NCBI GenBank assembly: GCA_963756875.1
Contig: CAVWPA010000001.1
Coordinates: forward strand, 480,001-544,000
Direction of reading: 5' to 3'
DNA length: 64,000 nucleotides
Origin: an uncultured Verrucomicrobiae bacterium
Lineage (GTDB): Bacteria; Verrucomicrobiota; Verrucomicrobiia; Chthoniobacterales; UBA10450
How positions within the stretch are numbered: the stretch's first letter is position 1; every line of letters starts with the position of its first letter. Positions 1 to 9,782 of this stretch are shown here, piece after piece. The notes beneath the pieces were generated by a model that had not been told where the DNA came from, ran no database searches, and saw only the letters and a program-made list of their open reading frames with translations. The translations under genes were made by a program, and so were the position numbers.

Positions 1-525
1 CCGGTTTGTGAGAAAAGCCTTCTTCGCCGCTTCGGCCGCCGCGTCACGGTCGAACCAATGACCGATAAGCACGTAGGAAGTGAATCCGACAAGCTCCCAG
101 AAAATGAACAACATGACGAAGTTGTTTGAGAGCACGATTCCGAGCATGGCGAACATGAAGAGGGAGAGGCCGGCGAAATAGCGCGATTTGCCAGGGTCGT
201 CCCGCATGTAGCCGAGCGAATAAATGTGAATGAGCGAGCCAACCCCCGAGACCACGAGGAGCATGGTCCTGCTCAGTTGATCCAAAACGAAACCGAACGG
301 AACGGTGAAAACCCCGCGCGCATCGATCCAATTATGCTCCGGCGCGGAAAGGTCCAGTCGTCCGAAGATCAGACAACTGCAGACAAAGCTTCCGAGAACC
401 GCGCCGACTGAAATGTAACTGCTCAATGTTTTTGCCCGACCGGTCAAAACGGTGATGATGCCCGCGGAAAAAAGCGGCAAAAGCAGCGCATACCAGGGAA
501 GCAGGGTGTTGGTGGTAAAGTTCAA
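1..525 (-). CDS. nuoL: NADH-quinone oxidoreductase subunit L, 5' part (runs off window)
   Basis: Reverse translation from a probable TTG at 525: LNFTTNTLLPWYALLLPLFSAGII...VHIYSLGYMRDDPGKSRYFAGLSLFMFAMLGIVLSNNFVMLFIFWELVGFTSYVLIGHWF, typical of NuoL; follows nuoK. Confidence 0.9.
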   Translation of the reverse strand, partial: MNFTTNTLLPWYALLLPLFSAGIITVLTGRAKTLSSYISVGAVLGSFVCSCLIFGRLDLSAPEHNWIDARGVFTVPFGFVLDQLSRTMLLVVSGVGSLIHIYSLGYMRDDPGKSRYFAGLSLFMFAMLGIVLSNNFVMLFIFWELVGFTSYVLIGHWFDRDAAAEAAKKAFLTNR

Positions 526-569
526 GGTTTTAGAATTCGTCCGCTAAACACGCTAAAAGACGCCAAAAT

Positions 570-989
570 TCAGAGATAAATCGGTTCATCGGATTCGACG
601 TTCCGGTGCGTTTTTGCGATCCGCTCATATTGCAGCTTTGGATAATGGCCAAAGTTGAGAAGCAAGCCGAGGTCGAAGCTTCCAGCCTTGAGATAGTTCA
701 AAACCTGCGCGCGGTGCTCGTCTTTTATTTCCGCAACGGCTTTTAACTCGACTACGACTTTTCCAAAGCAAACGAAATCGGGAAAGTAACTTTGAGTGAG
801 GACCTGGCCGCGATACTCAAGAGATAAGCCGGGTTGTCCAATTGCCGGAATGTGGCGATGCGCGAATTCAATACCGAGACATTCTTGATAAATTGGCTCG
901 TGAAAGCCGCATCCTTTGTCTTTGTAAACTTCAAAGCACGCGCCAAGAATCGCATAGCATTCATCCTTTAAGATTAAATCCGGTGCCAT
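570..989 (-). CDS. GxxExxY protein (PD-(D/E)XK-like small nuclease family)
   Basis: GCGFHEPIYQ (GxxExxY), PDFVC..VVVELKAV, AQVLNYLK..GLLLNFG; start taken as MAPDL at 989 (track ORF extends to 1028). Confidence 0.9.
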   Translation of the reverse strand: MAPDLILKDECYAILGACFEVYKDKGCGFHEPIYQECLGIEFAHRHIPAIGQPGLSLEYRGQVLTQSYFPDFVCFGKVVVELKAVAEIKDEHRAQVLNYLKAGSFDLGLLLNFGHYPKLQYERIAKTHRNVESDEPIYL

Positions 990-1024
990 TTTTTTTGGCG
1001 TCATTTGGCGTGTTTGGCGGATAG

Positions 1025-1345
1025 TCAAAATTTCAGTGAGTTAATGTCTTCGACGTGTGTGGTTTGGCGGATGCGATAGAGGGCTACGATGATGGCCAGG
1101 CCGACGGCCACTTCCGCGGCTGCAACGGTGATGATGAAAAAGACAAAGACCTGGATGTTGTAAGCGGGCATGCCCGCGGCATCGACATGAAACCTGGAAA
1201 AGGCGACCAGCGACAGATTGGCCGCATTCAACATTAGCTCCAGCGACATGAAAATAATGATGAGATTGCGCCGGAGCATGACGCCTGCAAAGCCGATCGC
1301 GAAAAGCGCGCCACTGACAATGAGATAATCGCCGAGCGTGATCAT
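1025..1345 (-). CDS. nuoK: NADH-quinone oxidoreductase subunit K
   Basis: [32 protein letters not shown]. Confidence 0.95.
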   Translation of the reverse strand: MITLGDYLIVSGALFAIGFAGVMLRRNLIIIFMSLELMLNAANLSLVAFSRFHVDAAGMPAYNIQVFVFFIITVAAAEVAVGLAIIVALYRIRQTTHVEDINSLKF

Positions 1346-1481
1346 TCTATTTTTCTTTGCCCACGAAACACGCGAAAGGACGCGAAAGGACGCGAAAGAT
1401 TCGGAGAGAATCGGACGGCTTTGCAAATCGGCCGCATCTCTTTTCTCTTTCGTGTCATTTCGTGTGTTCCGTGGGTTGAAA

Positions 1482-1985
1482 TCATCGAAGCTCGCGCCTG
1501 CTTAGGACAACGACGCCAATTGTGGCGACCAAAACGACCACGCCGATGATCTGGAACGGCAGGGTATAATGCGTGAAGAGCAAAATGCCGATCTGATGGA
1601 CGTCGTCGGTCGTCGGTTTGGCCAATGGAGGCATCGATCGGTGCGCGGCCTTGAAATTACCGATCACGTAAAGAATCTGGACGAAAAAAGCGAGGGCGAC
1701 GGCCACTCCGCCGGCTGAAGCAACCCAGTTGATCTTGCGCAGTTCTTCCGCCCGCAAATCGAGCAACATGATGATGAACAAGAACAGGACCATGATGGCT
1801 CCGGCATAAACGAGCACCTGAATGATTCCGATGAAATAAGCGTCAAGCGACATGAAAAGGACAGCCAGACACAGAAATGAAACCACCAGGCTGAGTGCGC
1901 TCGCCACCGGATTGCGGTTGATGACGACCGCCGCGCCGAACACCAGCATCATCAAAGCAAAAATCCAGAATAGAAAAGCAGGCAT
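1482..1985 (-). CDS. nuoJ: NADH-quinone oxidoreductase subunit J
   Basis: [28 protein letters not shown]. Confidence 0.95.
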   Translation of the reverse strand: MPAFLFWIFALMMLVFGAAVVINRNPVASALSLVVSFLCLAVLFMSLDAYFIGIIQVLVYAGAIMVLFLFIIMLLDLRAEELRKINWVASAGGVAVALAFFVQILYVIGNFKAAHRSMPPLAKPTTDDVHQIGILLFTHYTLPFQIIGVVVLVATIGVVVLSRRELR

Positions 1986-2073
1986 TTTATTAGGCCACCG
2001 ATGAACACAGATGAAACACGGATACGGAATTGAGATCAAAAAAATCTGCGATCATCTGTGTCAATCTGTGGCT

Positions 2074-2604
2074 TTACTTTTTTTCGTTCCATTTGAGCAC
2101 GACGCCGTGCATGACGCCGCCCATCTCCAGCAATTTGTCCTTGTGATGCATCATCTCTTCACGGGTGAATCCGGTGATGGCGTAGTCTTTTCGTAGAAAA
2201 ATTGCCTGTTCGGGGCAGACCTCCTCGCACATTCCGCAATAAATGCAGCGGACCATGTCAATGTCGAATTCCTCGGGATGCTTCTCGACTTTGGCGAACC
2301 GGTTGGTTGAGGGAATTTCGCCGGGAATGATTTTGATGGCGCGTGGCGGACAAATGAATTCGCAAAGCTGGCAGGCGACGCAACGGACGCGGCCAGCGGC
2401 ATCGCGCACGAGAGCAGGGGCGCCCCGATAATAATCGGGCAGGTTGGCGTCCCATTTCTCTTCCGGGTACTGCATCGTCACTTTCGTGCGACCAAGAATC
2501 ATGTTCTTGAAGTGCTTGATGGTAATGAACATGCCCGCAACGATCGCGGGCAGGTACATGCGCTCGCGCCAGTTCAATTTCGGACGTGGAACAGTGATCG
2601 CCAT
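2074..2604 (-). CDS. nuoI: NADH-quinone oxidoreductase subunit I
   Basis: TMQYPEE and two CxxCxxCxxxCP 4Fe-4S motifs. Confidence 0.95.
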   Translation of the reverse strand: MAITVPRPKLNWRERMYLPAIVAGMFITIKHFKNMILGRTKVTMQYPEEKWDANLPDYYRGAPALVRDAAGRVRCVACQLCEFICPPRAIKIIPGEIPSTNRFAKVEKHPEEFDIDMVRCIYCGMCEEVCPEQAIFLRKDYAITGFTREEMMHHKDKLLEMGGVMHGVVLKWNEKK

Positions 2605-2702
2605 TTTGCTTTAACTCCTGCTCTTGCTCCTGATCGTGATCATGATCGATCCGCCTCGATCAAGAGCATGATCACGATCACGATTAAGAATAGGCGCCGC
2701 GA

Positions 2703-3764
2703 TCATTGTGGAAAATAAGCGATGACGATGGCGGTGATAAAAATGTTAACGAGCGCGATTTCAAAGAAGAAGAGCCAGCCCAAACGCATCAACTGATCGT
2801 AGCGAAAGCGGGGCAGCGTCCAGCGTACCCACATGAATATAAAAATCAGGGCCGCAACCTTTGTGAAAAAAACCGCGATATTGATAAGTCCGAAAATCCA
2901 GCCATGCGAGCCGTCGGGAATTCCCGGAAAATGCCAACCCCCCAGGAAAAGCGTAACAATAACGGCCGAACCGGTGATCAGGGCCGCGTATTCGCCGAGA
3001 AAAAAAAGAGCGAATTTCATCGAGGAATACTCGGTGTGGTAACCGCCGGCCAATTCTTGCTCGGCCTCCGGCAAATCAAAAGGCAGCCGGTTCGTCTCGG
3101 CGAACATCGCAATCATGAAGACGAGAAATGAAATGGCCATGGGAATGGCCAGGAGCCATTTGCCGAGATTGGACCAGTCGCCGACGAACGGCACGATCAT
3201 CCACCCGTGCTCGATTTGATAGCGGACCACGCTGGTCAGGCGCAAATTTCCGACGACGAGAAAAACCGGGATAACTGCAAGCGCAAGCGAAAGCTCGTAG
3301 GAAATCATCTGCGAACTGGAACGAATGCCGCCGAGGAAAGGGTATTTGGAATTTGACGCCCAGCCGGCCAGGACGATGCCGTAAACGCCTAACGAAGCGA
3401 TGGCGAACACAAAAAGAATGCCGACATTGACGTCGGCGATGACCATTGGTACGCCAAAAAGCGTGCTGCCGAATGGGACCACGGCGATGGTGGTCATCGC
3501 GGGGATCATGACGAGGCACGGTGCAAGCCAGTAATAAAAAGTGTTCACGCTCGCGGGCGTGAAATCTTCCTTGAGGAGAAACTTCGCAGCATCTGCGATC
3601 GGCTGGAATAACCCGGCTGGTCCCACCCGGTTCGGCCCGAGACGGTCCTGAATCAGCGCGCTCACGCGTCGCTCCGCATAAACGGCGTAGGAAACCATCG
3701 GCAGAATCACAACGAAAATGATGCCGATGATTTTCAGGAGCGACGTTGCGATGAAAAAGATCAT
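2703..3764 (-). CDS. nuoH: NADH-quinone oxidoreductase subunit H
   Basis: ERRVSALIQDRLGPNRVG, AETNRLPFDLPEAEQEL, PRFRYDQLM. Confidence 0.97.
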   Translation of the reverse strand: MIFFIATSLLKIIGIIFVVILPMVSYAVYAERRVSALIQDRLGPNRVGPAGLFQPIADAAKFLLKEDFTPASVNTFYYWLAPCLVMIPAMTTIAVVPFGSTLFGVPMVIADVNVGILFVFAIASLGVYGIVLAGWASNSKYPFLGGIRSSSQMISYELSLALAVIPVFLVVGNLRLTSVVRYQIEHGWMIVPFVGDWSNLGKWLLAIPMAISFLVFMIAMFAETNRLPFDLPEAEQELAGGYHTEYSSMKFALFFLGEYAALITGSAVIVTLFLGGWHFPGIPDGSHGWIFGLINIAVFFTKVAALIFIFMWVRWTLPRFRYDQLMRLGWLFFFEIALVNIFITAIVIAYFPQ

Positions 3765-3777
3765 GTCGGTTGCGCGG

Positions 3778-5508
3778 CTAACGTCCTGGTGGTCTTTTGG
3801 CTTCCGCCCTTTCGATTTCGTGCATTTCCGGATCGACAGGCGGAGGCGGCGACTTACTGGCCCGGATCACTTGCACACCGCGGTCGCCGATTTTGCTCAA
3901 GCTCAATCCCGCGAACTCCGGAATGGCTTCGCTCATTTGCCGAAAAACGTCCTCGATAGAATAGATTCCATCACTCCCCGTGAGCGCTTGCAGCAGGTCG
4001 CGCAAAATTTCCCAATCGTCGCGCGCGTTCCCGGGCCCGCGGACCGCGCGATTCAAGCGTTGCACCCGTCCGTCGCCGTTGATCATGGAGCCGCGCTTTT
4101 CGGCGAAGCCAAACGAAGGAAGCACCGCAGTCGCTTTCTCGGTCGCATCGTTCGACAAAATGTCCATAACGACGAACGCCGGCAGTCGTGTCAATTGCTC
4201 CTCCGAAATTCCGAATGAAGTTGGATTTTCACCCAGGACGACCAACGCCTTCACTTCTCCCGACCGGATTGCCTGCACAATGCCCGGCAATTTTTCACCC
4301 GGATTGGCATTCAACGCCAGGACCAGGCGCGCGCCGTTTGCGTTGGGATTACGGTCTTCGCTCAGCAAAATGTCATCGAACGGCCCGTGCCGGGGCACGA
4401 TGTCCATCCATTGAACGCCGAGCGTTTTTGCGATCTGTGAAGTCAACCAAAGCTCTTCATTCGTCATTCTTCCGGATGCCACGACGGCGATTTCCCAGCC
4501 GGAAAAGTGTCGCAATTGCAGAGCCACGTTTGTAATCGCCGTCTTCCAATCTGCGGGAACCAGTTTGCCGTCTGAAAAAATGCGCGGCTCGAGCAATCGG
4601 CGCTCCGATTCGAGATAAGCGAAATTGAGCCGGCCGTAATCGCACATCCAGCACGAGTTAACGTCGTCGTTTTCGCGCGGGGTCTGGCGGTAGATCACGT
4701 CCTCGCGGGAGCCGATGATGGTGTTGCAACCGGTCGCGCAACTGGTGCAGATGCTTTTGGTTTCCTTCAAAAACCAAACGCGCATCTTGAAACGAAAATC
4801 GGTCGAGGTCAGCGCACCGACCGGACAAATGTCGACGGTATTGAGCGAGTAGTTGTTTTCCAACCGCTTTCCGGGGTGCGCGGTAAGGACCGTGTGACTG
4901 CCGCGATCGACAAAGCCGAGCACGTCGTCATGGGCGATTTCCTGGGAAAAACGAATGCAGCGCGAGCAAAGAATGCAACGCTCGTCGTCAAGCGTGACAC
5001 GCGGTCCCAGCTCCACGTTTTTCGGCTTCTTAACCTTGTTATCGAGAAAACGGGAGGCGGCCGCGCCGTACTCGACGCTGAATTCCTGCAGCTCGCATTC
5101 ACCGGCCTGATCGCAAATCGGGCAATCGAGAGGGTGATTGATCAGCAGGAACTCCATCACGCCGCGCCGGCACTCCTGGGCCAGCGGCGAATTGGTGCGA
5201 ACGCCCATTCCTTCGGCGACGTCCTGCGCGCAGCAAATCTGGGGACGCGCCATCCAGTTGATCACCGGTTTGCCATCGGGGCCGAGCTCCGGTTTGCGGT
5301 CGGGGCCCATTTTCGGCATGCCCATTTCGATCAAGCACATCCGGCAATTGCCCGGGGAGCTCAGTTCCTTGTGATAACAATATCGCGGGACATAACTGCC
5401 GGCCTCCGCGCACGCTTCGATCACTCGCGTGCCCTTGGGAAATTGATGCCACACGCCATCAATCTGGACGTTGAACATTGGCCCTGGAGGCTCCCCGGCG
5501 GCGCTCAT
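3778..5508 (-). CDS. nuoG: NADH-quinone oxidoreductase subunit G
   Basis: CYH..GNCRMC, NHPLDCPICDQAGECELQ, CILCSRCIRF, CTSCATGC. Confidence 0.95.
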   Translation of the reverse strand: MSAAGEPPGPMFNVQIDGVWHQFPKGTRVIEACAEAGSYVPRYCYHKELSSPGNCRMCLIEMGMPKMGPDRKPELGPDGKPVINWMARPQICCAQDVAEGMGVRTNSPLAQECRRGVMEFLLINHPLDCPICDQAGECELQEFSVEYGAAASRFLDNKVKKPKNVELGPRVTLDDERCILCSRCIRFSQEIAHDDVLGFVDRGSHTVLTAHPGKRLENNYSLNTVDICPVGALTSTDFRFKMRVWFLKETKSICTSCATGCNTIIGSREDVIYRQTPRENDDVNSCWMCDYGRLNFAYLESERRLLEPRIFSDGKLVPADWKTAITNVALQLRHFSGWEIAVVASGRMTNEELWLTSQIAKTLGVQWMDIVPRHGPFDDILLSEDRNPNANGARLVLALNANPGEKLPGIVQAIRSGEVKALVVLGENPTSFGISEEQLTRLPAFVVMDILSNDATEKATAVLPSFGFAEKRGSMINGDGRVQRLNRAVRGPGNARDDWEILRDLLQALTGSDGIYSIEDVFRQMSEAIPEFAGLSLSKIGDRGVQVIRASKSPPPPVDPEMHEIERAEAKRPPGR

Positions 5509-5517
5509 TGTTTGGTC

Positions 5518-5964
5518 TTACTCTTTCTCTTGCTCATGCTCTTGATCGCGCTCGTAACCGAATTCAAAGTCCGACTCCTCGCGTGCCATTGCCGTTCTCG
5601 AATCAAAGCTGTAGCCGAGTCGTTTCAGCAACCCCATAAGCATATTTACGATTTGTACCAGCTGCTCTTTCGCTGCTGCAACGTGAGCCTCTGTCGTTAG
5701 TTTGCGCGAAACCAAAACGTCCAGACTCGCTGCTGATTCCAGTGCCGATCCGCGTGCAATATCAAAAAAGCGCGCGCGATCTCTCGTAGAAAACTTTCCG
5801 TTTCCTTCGGCGATATTCAGCGGAACACTTGTTGCAGCGCGATCAAGCTGATCTTTTGCCGCAGCCTTTGCATCGATCGAGGAAAGGAATTCGCCGACCC
5901 ACCCATTAAAGGCGAGTGATACTTGATAGACATTCAATTTTTCGTGGTCGAAGTAAGCTTTCAT
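5518..5964 (-). CDS. Four helix bundle protein (23S rRNA IVP / bAvd-like family)
   Basis: FDHEKLNVYQ, DQLDRAATSVPLNIAEGNGK, FFDIARGSALE. Confidence 0.9.
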   Translation of the reverse strand: MKAYFDHEKLNVYQVSLAFNGWVGEFLSSIDAKAAAKDQLDRAATSVPLNIAEGNGKFSTRDRARFFDIARGSALESAASLDVLVSRKLTTEAHVAAAKEQLVQIVNMLMGLLKRLGYSFDSRTAMAREESDFEFGYERDQEHEQEKE

Positions 5965-6013
5965 TTTCAGATTGAGCATGAGCAAGAGCATGAGAAAGAG
6001 TAGGAATAAGGGT

Positions 6014-8008
6014 CTAAATCGTTCCTGCCGCTCCGGCTCTTTCCCAGCCGGGATCGTGGGCCAGTGGTGCGGTGGGGATTTGTTTTTCCTTGATCAGTTC
6101 TTCCGGCGTGTATTCGGGCGGTAACGGTGGCGGTACCGGTTTTGTGGCGTGCGCGGCGAATTCCTCAGGAAATTTTTCGACAAAACTTTGGGTCGGCCAG
6201 GCGCAAGCTTCGCCGAACGCGCAAATGGTGCGTCCGGCGATGTTGTCGCCGATTGTTTTCAATGTTTTTGGATCCTCGACTACGCCACCGCCGCGCAGCA
6301 TGCGTTCGGTGATTTTTTTCATCCAAAGCGATCCTTCGCGGCACGGAGTGCATTGTCCGCACGACTCGTGCGCGTAAAATTCATTGATATTGTTCAGCAC
6401 CCAAACGACATCGCGCGAATCGTCGAGTACGATCACTCCACCCGATCCCGCCATCGAGCCGGCCGCCGCCAGCGAATCGAAATCCATGGGAATTTCATCG
6501 AGCGACATCTCTTGCTCGGCGGTCGATCCGTCAGGTTGCTTTTGTTTGATCTTAAATCTTTCGTCCGCGCGCAAAACCTTGGCCGAACTGCCGCCTGGAA
6601 TTACCGCCTTGAGCGTGCGACCCGGTCTCAAGCCGCCGGCCATGTCGTAAATGAGCTGTCCCATGGTCACCGCGCCGAGCTCGATTTCGAAATAACCGGG
6701 GCGCTGGACGTCGCCGCTGACGCAGACGATGCGTGTACCGGTGTTGTTAGGCCGGCCTAGTTGCGCGTATTTTGCGCCACCCATCGCGATGATGTGCTTC
6801 ACGGCGCAAAGCGTTTCCACGTTGTTCACGATTGTGGGACACATGTAGAGGCCAAGAACGGCCGGGAAATAGGGCGGCTTGATCCGGGGATAACCGCGCT
6901 TCCCTTCGAGCGACTCGATCAGGCCTGTTTCTTCGCCGGAAATGTAAGTCCCCGCTCCGCGATGAATGTAAACCTCGAGATCGAATCCCGTGCCAAGAAT
7001 GTTGCGACCGAGAAAATTGTGTTCGCGCGCCTCTTCGATGGCGCGTTCGAGGATTTTCGCGCCGTGAGGAAATTCTCCTCGTATAAATATGTACGCCGTT
7101 CTCGCGTTCACAGCGAAGCAGGAAATTATCATGCCTTCGAGCAGCTGATGTGGATCTTCGTGAAGGATGTAACGGTCTTTAAACGTGCCCGGCTCGGATT
7201 CGTCGGCGTTGGCAATCAGGTAGATCGGTTTCTTTTCCTCCGGTTTGATGAAACTCCATTTTACTCCGCACGGGAACCCGGCGCCGCCGCGGCCGCGCAA
7301 TCCGGAGGTTTTGACTTCGTTTACAATGTGCTCGCGCGACATGGTGAGCGCTTTGCGCAAGTCCTCGTAGCCGCCGTCGCTCAGGTAGCTGTCGATATCG
7401 GTGTTCCAATCGGAACGCCCGATGTTTTTGAAAATGAGGCGGTGCTCGAGTGGATGTGGAGGATTGCGGTAGGGCTTCTCCGGCGGTTGCGATAAGATCG
7501 ATTCCGCATTTTCCGGCTGCACCCTTTCATGCAATTCGTCGTTTACCATGCAGACTGGCGCGGTGCCGCAGCTGGCCAGGCATTCGACGAACTCGATGCT
7601 GTAATTTCCGTCCGGACTCACAGAAATGGGGTTGTGCATTCCATTGGAGCCGTTCTCGCGATTGGATTTGCGTTGGATCCCGGTTGCGGCGCGCAAGCTC
7701 TCCATCAGCTGATAACCGCCGGCCATGGCGCAGCTGAGCGTCCGGCAAACGCGGATGTGCGTTTTGCCCGCGCGCTGATGGCGAAACATGGGATAAAACG
7801 AGACCAGCTCGAGAATGTTAATTGGCTGCAGCCCGAGCTTCGCCGCGATCCAGGTTATCGCCTCATCATCGATCAGACCGAAGTGCTCCTGCCATAGATG
7901 CAGCAGGGGCATGGCCGCGCTGCGTTTGTGATCGGCCGGGTAACGCCCGATGGCCTCGTCCATTTTCCGCTCTAACTCGGCGGGAACATTTGTGCTCGTC
8001 GAGTCCAC
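6014..8008 (-). CDS. nuoEF: Fused NADH-quinone oxidoreductase subunits E and F
   Basis: N-terminal NuoE (VCRTLSC, ECLASCGTAP) in frame with NuoF (GLRGRGGAGFP, NADESEPGTFKDR, HESCGQCTPCREG, TICAFG). Confidence 0.93.
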   Translation of the reverse strand: MDSTSTNVPAELERKMDEAIGRYPADHKRSAAMPLLHLWQEHFGLIDDEAITWIAAKLGLQPINILELVSFYPMFRHQRAGKTHIRVCRTLSCAMAGGYQLMESLRAATGIQRKSNRENGSNGMHNPISVSPDGNYSIEFVECLASCGTAPVCMVNDELHERVQPENAESILSQPPEKPYRNPPHPLEHRLIFKNIGRSDWNTDIDSYLSDGGYEDLRKALTMSREHIVNEVKTSGLRGRGGAGFPCGVKWSFIKPEEKKPIYLIANADESEPGTFKDRYILHEDPHQLLEGMIISCFAVNARTAYIFIRGEFPHGAKILERAIEEAREHNFLGRNILGTGFDLEVYIHRGAGTYISGEETGLIESLEGKRGYPRIKPPYFPAVLGLYMCPTIVNNVETLCAVKHIIAMGGAKYAQLGRPNNTGTRIVCVSGDVQRPGYFEIELGAVTMGQLIYDMAGGLRPGRTLKAVIPGGSSAKVLRADERFKIKQKQPDGSTAEQEMSLDEIPMDFDSLAAAGSMAGSGGVIVLDDSRDVVWVLNNINEFYAHESCGQCTPCREGSLWMKKITERMLRGGGVVEDPKTLKTIGDNIAGRTICAFGEACAWPTQSFVEKFPEEFAAHATKPVPPPLPPEYTPEELIKEKQIPTAPLAHDPGWERAGAAGTI

Positions 8009-8019
8009 GGAAAGGAAAA

Positions 8020-8310
8020 TTAGTCCGACAAAGTGCTCTGCTTCTCCGTGACCTTGTCGTCTTTAAAAACGATCGTCACCGTATCATTGTCCTGGCGGTA
8101 AACGTAGGTCGTCTTTTTCATGACAATAAAGTCCTTGTTGTCGATCGTTGTCGGCGGCCCCAAGATCGATTCGACCTGCTTTTTCGACATTCCCTCCGCT
8201 ACTTCGTCCACGTTCGCCTTGCTGAGTCGCCTGCCGGCGCAGGAGACCGCGAGCACGACCAGAAGCAGGAGAACGAATCGCGAGATGGTTCGCAAAATCG
8301 GCATGTTCAT
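8020..8310 (-). CDS. Small lipoprotein, BamE/SmpA(DUF3862)-like
   Basis: Lipobox LAVSC; GMSKKQVESILGPP; ATG overlaps the nuoD stop (ATGA). Confidence 0.7.
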   Translation of the reverse strand: MNMPILRTISRFVLLLLVVLAVSCAGRRLSKANVDEVAEGMSKKQVESILGPPTTIDNKDFIVMKKTTYVYRQDNDTVTIVFKDDKVTEKQSTLSD

Positions 8311-9563
8311 CTGTCGCATTCGCCCATGACAAAGTCCAGACTTCCGAGCACGGCCGTTACGTCGCTTACCATGCAACCCGGCAGGATTTCCGGCAAGATG
8401 CTCAGGTTCACAAACGACGGCGAGCGAATCTTCAACCGGTACGGAACGCCTCCGCCTTTGCTGTTGATGTAAAAGCCGAGCTCGCCTTTTGGATTCTCCG
8501 CCGCGAAATAGACTTCACCGGGCGGCGCGTCGAGGCCTTCCGTCACAACGATGAAATGATGGATGAGCTCCTCCATCTTCGTCATCACCCGCGATTTTGG
8601 CGGCGTCATGTTTTTCCAGTCCGTCAAATTAATCGGGCCGCCTGGCAATTTGTCGATCGCCTGCCGCAAAATTCGAACGCTCTGCCGCATTTCTTCCATG
8701 CGCACCAGGTAGCGATCATAACAATCGCCCGCGCTGCCGATGACGACGTCGAAGTCGTAACGGTCGTAATCGAGGTACGGATGTTTACGCCGCAAATCGT
8801 GCTCGACGCCGCTTCCGCGCAGGTTCGGCCCGGAAAGCGCGTAGGCAATCGCGCGGTCTTTCGAAATTATCCCCACGTCTTTTGTGCGATCGACGAAAAT
8901 GCGGTTCCGGCTCAGCAGTTTGTCGCATTCGTCGAGGCTTGGCTCAAAATCGTCCAGGAACTTTTGCAGTTGCGGAATAAACCGTTCCGGCAGATCGCGG
9001 ATCTGCCCGCCGACCCGCGTGTAGGAGGTGGTAAAGCGCGCTCCGGTTAGCAGCTCGAACAGGTTGTAGAGCTTTTCGCGTTCGGTGAACGTGTAAAGAA
9101 ATACTGTCATGGCGCCGAGATCGAGCGCCATGGCGCCGACCCCGATCAGGTGCGACGAGATCCGCGATGTTTCGCAGCAGATGGTGCGGATGGTCTTGCC
9201 GCGCGGCGGAATCTCCCAGCCCATGAGTTTTTCCACAGCAAGCGCGTAGGCGACATTGTTTGAAAGCGGTGCGAGATAATCGAGCCGGTCGGTGTACGGC
9301 ACGAACTGGTTGTACTGCATGTTTTCAGCGATCTTCTCGTCGCCGCGATGCAAAAACCCGACGTCGGGTGTCGCCTTGGTGATGGTTTCGCCATCGAGTT
9401 CGAGCACCAGCCGCAAAACACCATGCGTCGCGGGATGGGACGGGCCCATGTTCAAGACCATCTTCTCGCCGATATCGTCGTCGGCGTGACGCAGCTTCGC
9501 ATCGGCCGCAACCACTCGCGTCACCGGATCAGGCGATTCAATTTCACGCACCGTGAAAGCCAT
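8307..9563 (-). CDS. nuoD: NADH-quinone oxidoreductase subunit D
   Basis: LNMGPSHPATHGVLRL, GFLHRGDEK, ENPKGELG, GECDR. Confidence 0.97.
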   Translation of the reverse strand: MAFTVREIESPDPVTRVVAADAKLRHADDDIGEKMVLNMGPSHPATHGVLRLVLELDGETITKATPDVGFLHRGDEKIAENMQYNQFVPYTDRLDYLAPLSNNVAYALAVEKLMGWEIPPRGKTIRTICCETSRISSHLIGVGAMALDLGAMTVFLYTFTEREKLYNLFELLTGARFTTSYTRVGGQIRDLPERFIPQLQKFLDDFEPSLDECDKLLSRNRIFVDRTKDVGIISKDRAIAYALSGPNLRGSGVEHDLRRKHPYLDYDRYDFDVVIGSAGDCYDRYLVRMEEMRQSVRILRQAIDKLPGGPINLTDWKNMTPPKSRVMTKMEELIHHFIVVTEGLDAPPGEVYFAAENPKGELGFYINSKGGGVPYRLKIRSPSFVNLSILPEILPGCMVSDVTAVLGSLDFVMGECDR

Positions 9564-9782
9564 AGGAAGGTTAAATGCTAAAAGGGTTACAACGTTAAAA
9601 CGAAACTGGCGATTGCTTTTACGCTGGCGAGTCAACCACCGCGTGCAAGCAAATTTCGATTTTACCGGGTAGCGTACGCGTCGGCGCTTTTCTGATCTCT
9701 GGGGAACATGGGCTGGCAGCCTGTGCTCCCCGGAAACACGATCCTGCTCGCGCTGGTAAAAGAACGCGATTAATTAATCGGC

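Noticed and set aside
5518..5964. Diversity-generating retroelement (Avd-like fold) or nearby 23S rRNA
   Set aside because: No reverse transcriptase, template/variable repeat pair or rRNA was seen in the window.
8307..9635. Extended N-termini in the ORF track (nuoD, nuoJ, nuoK, ispD, sod, M28)
   Set aside because: The extensions run through intergenic repeats or spacers; downstream ATGs match the family starts.
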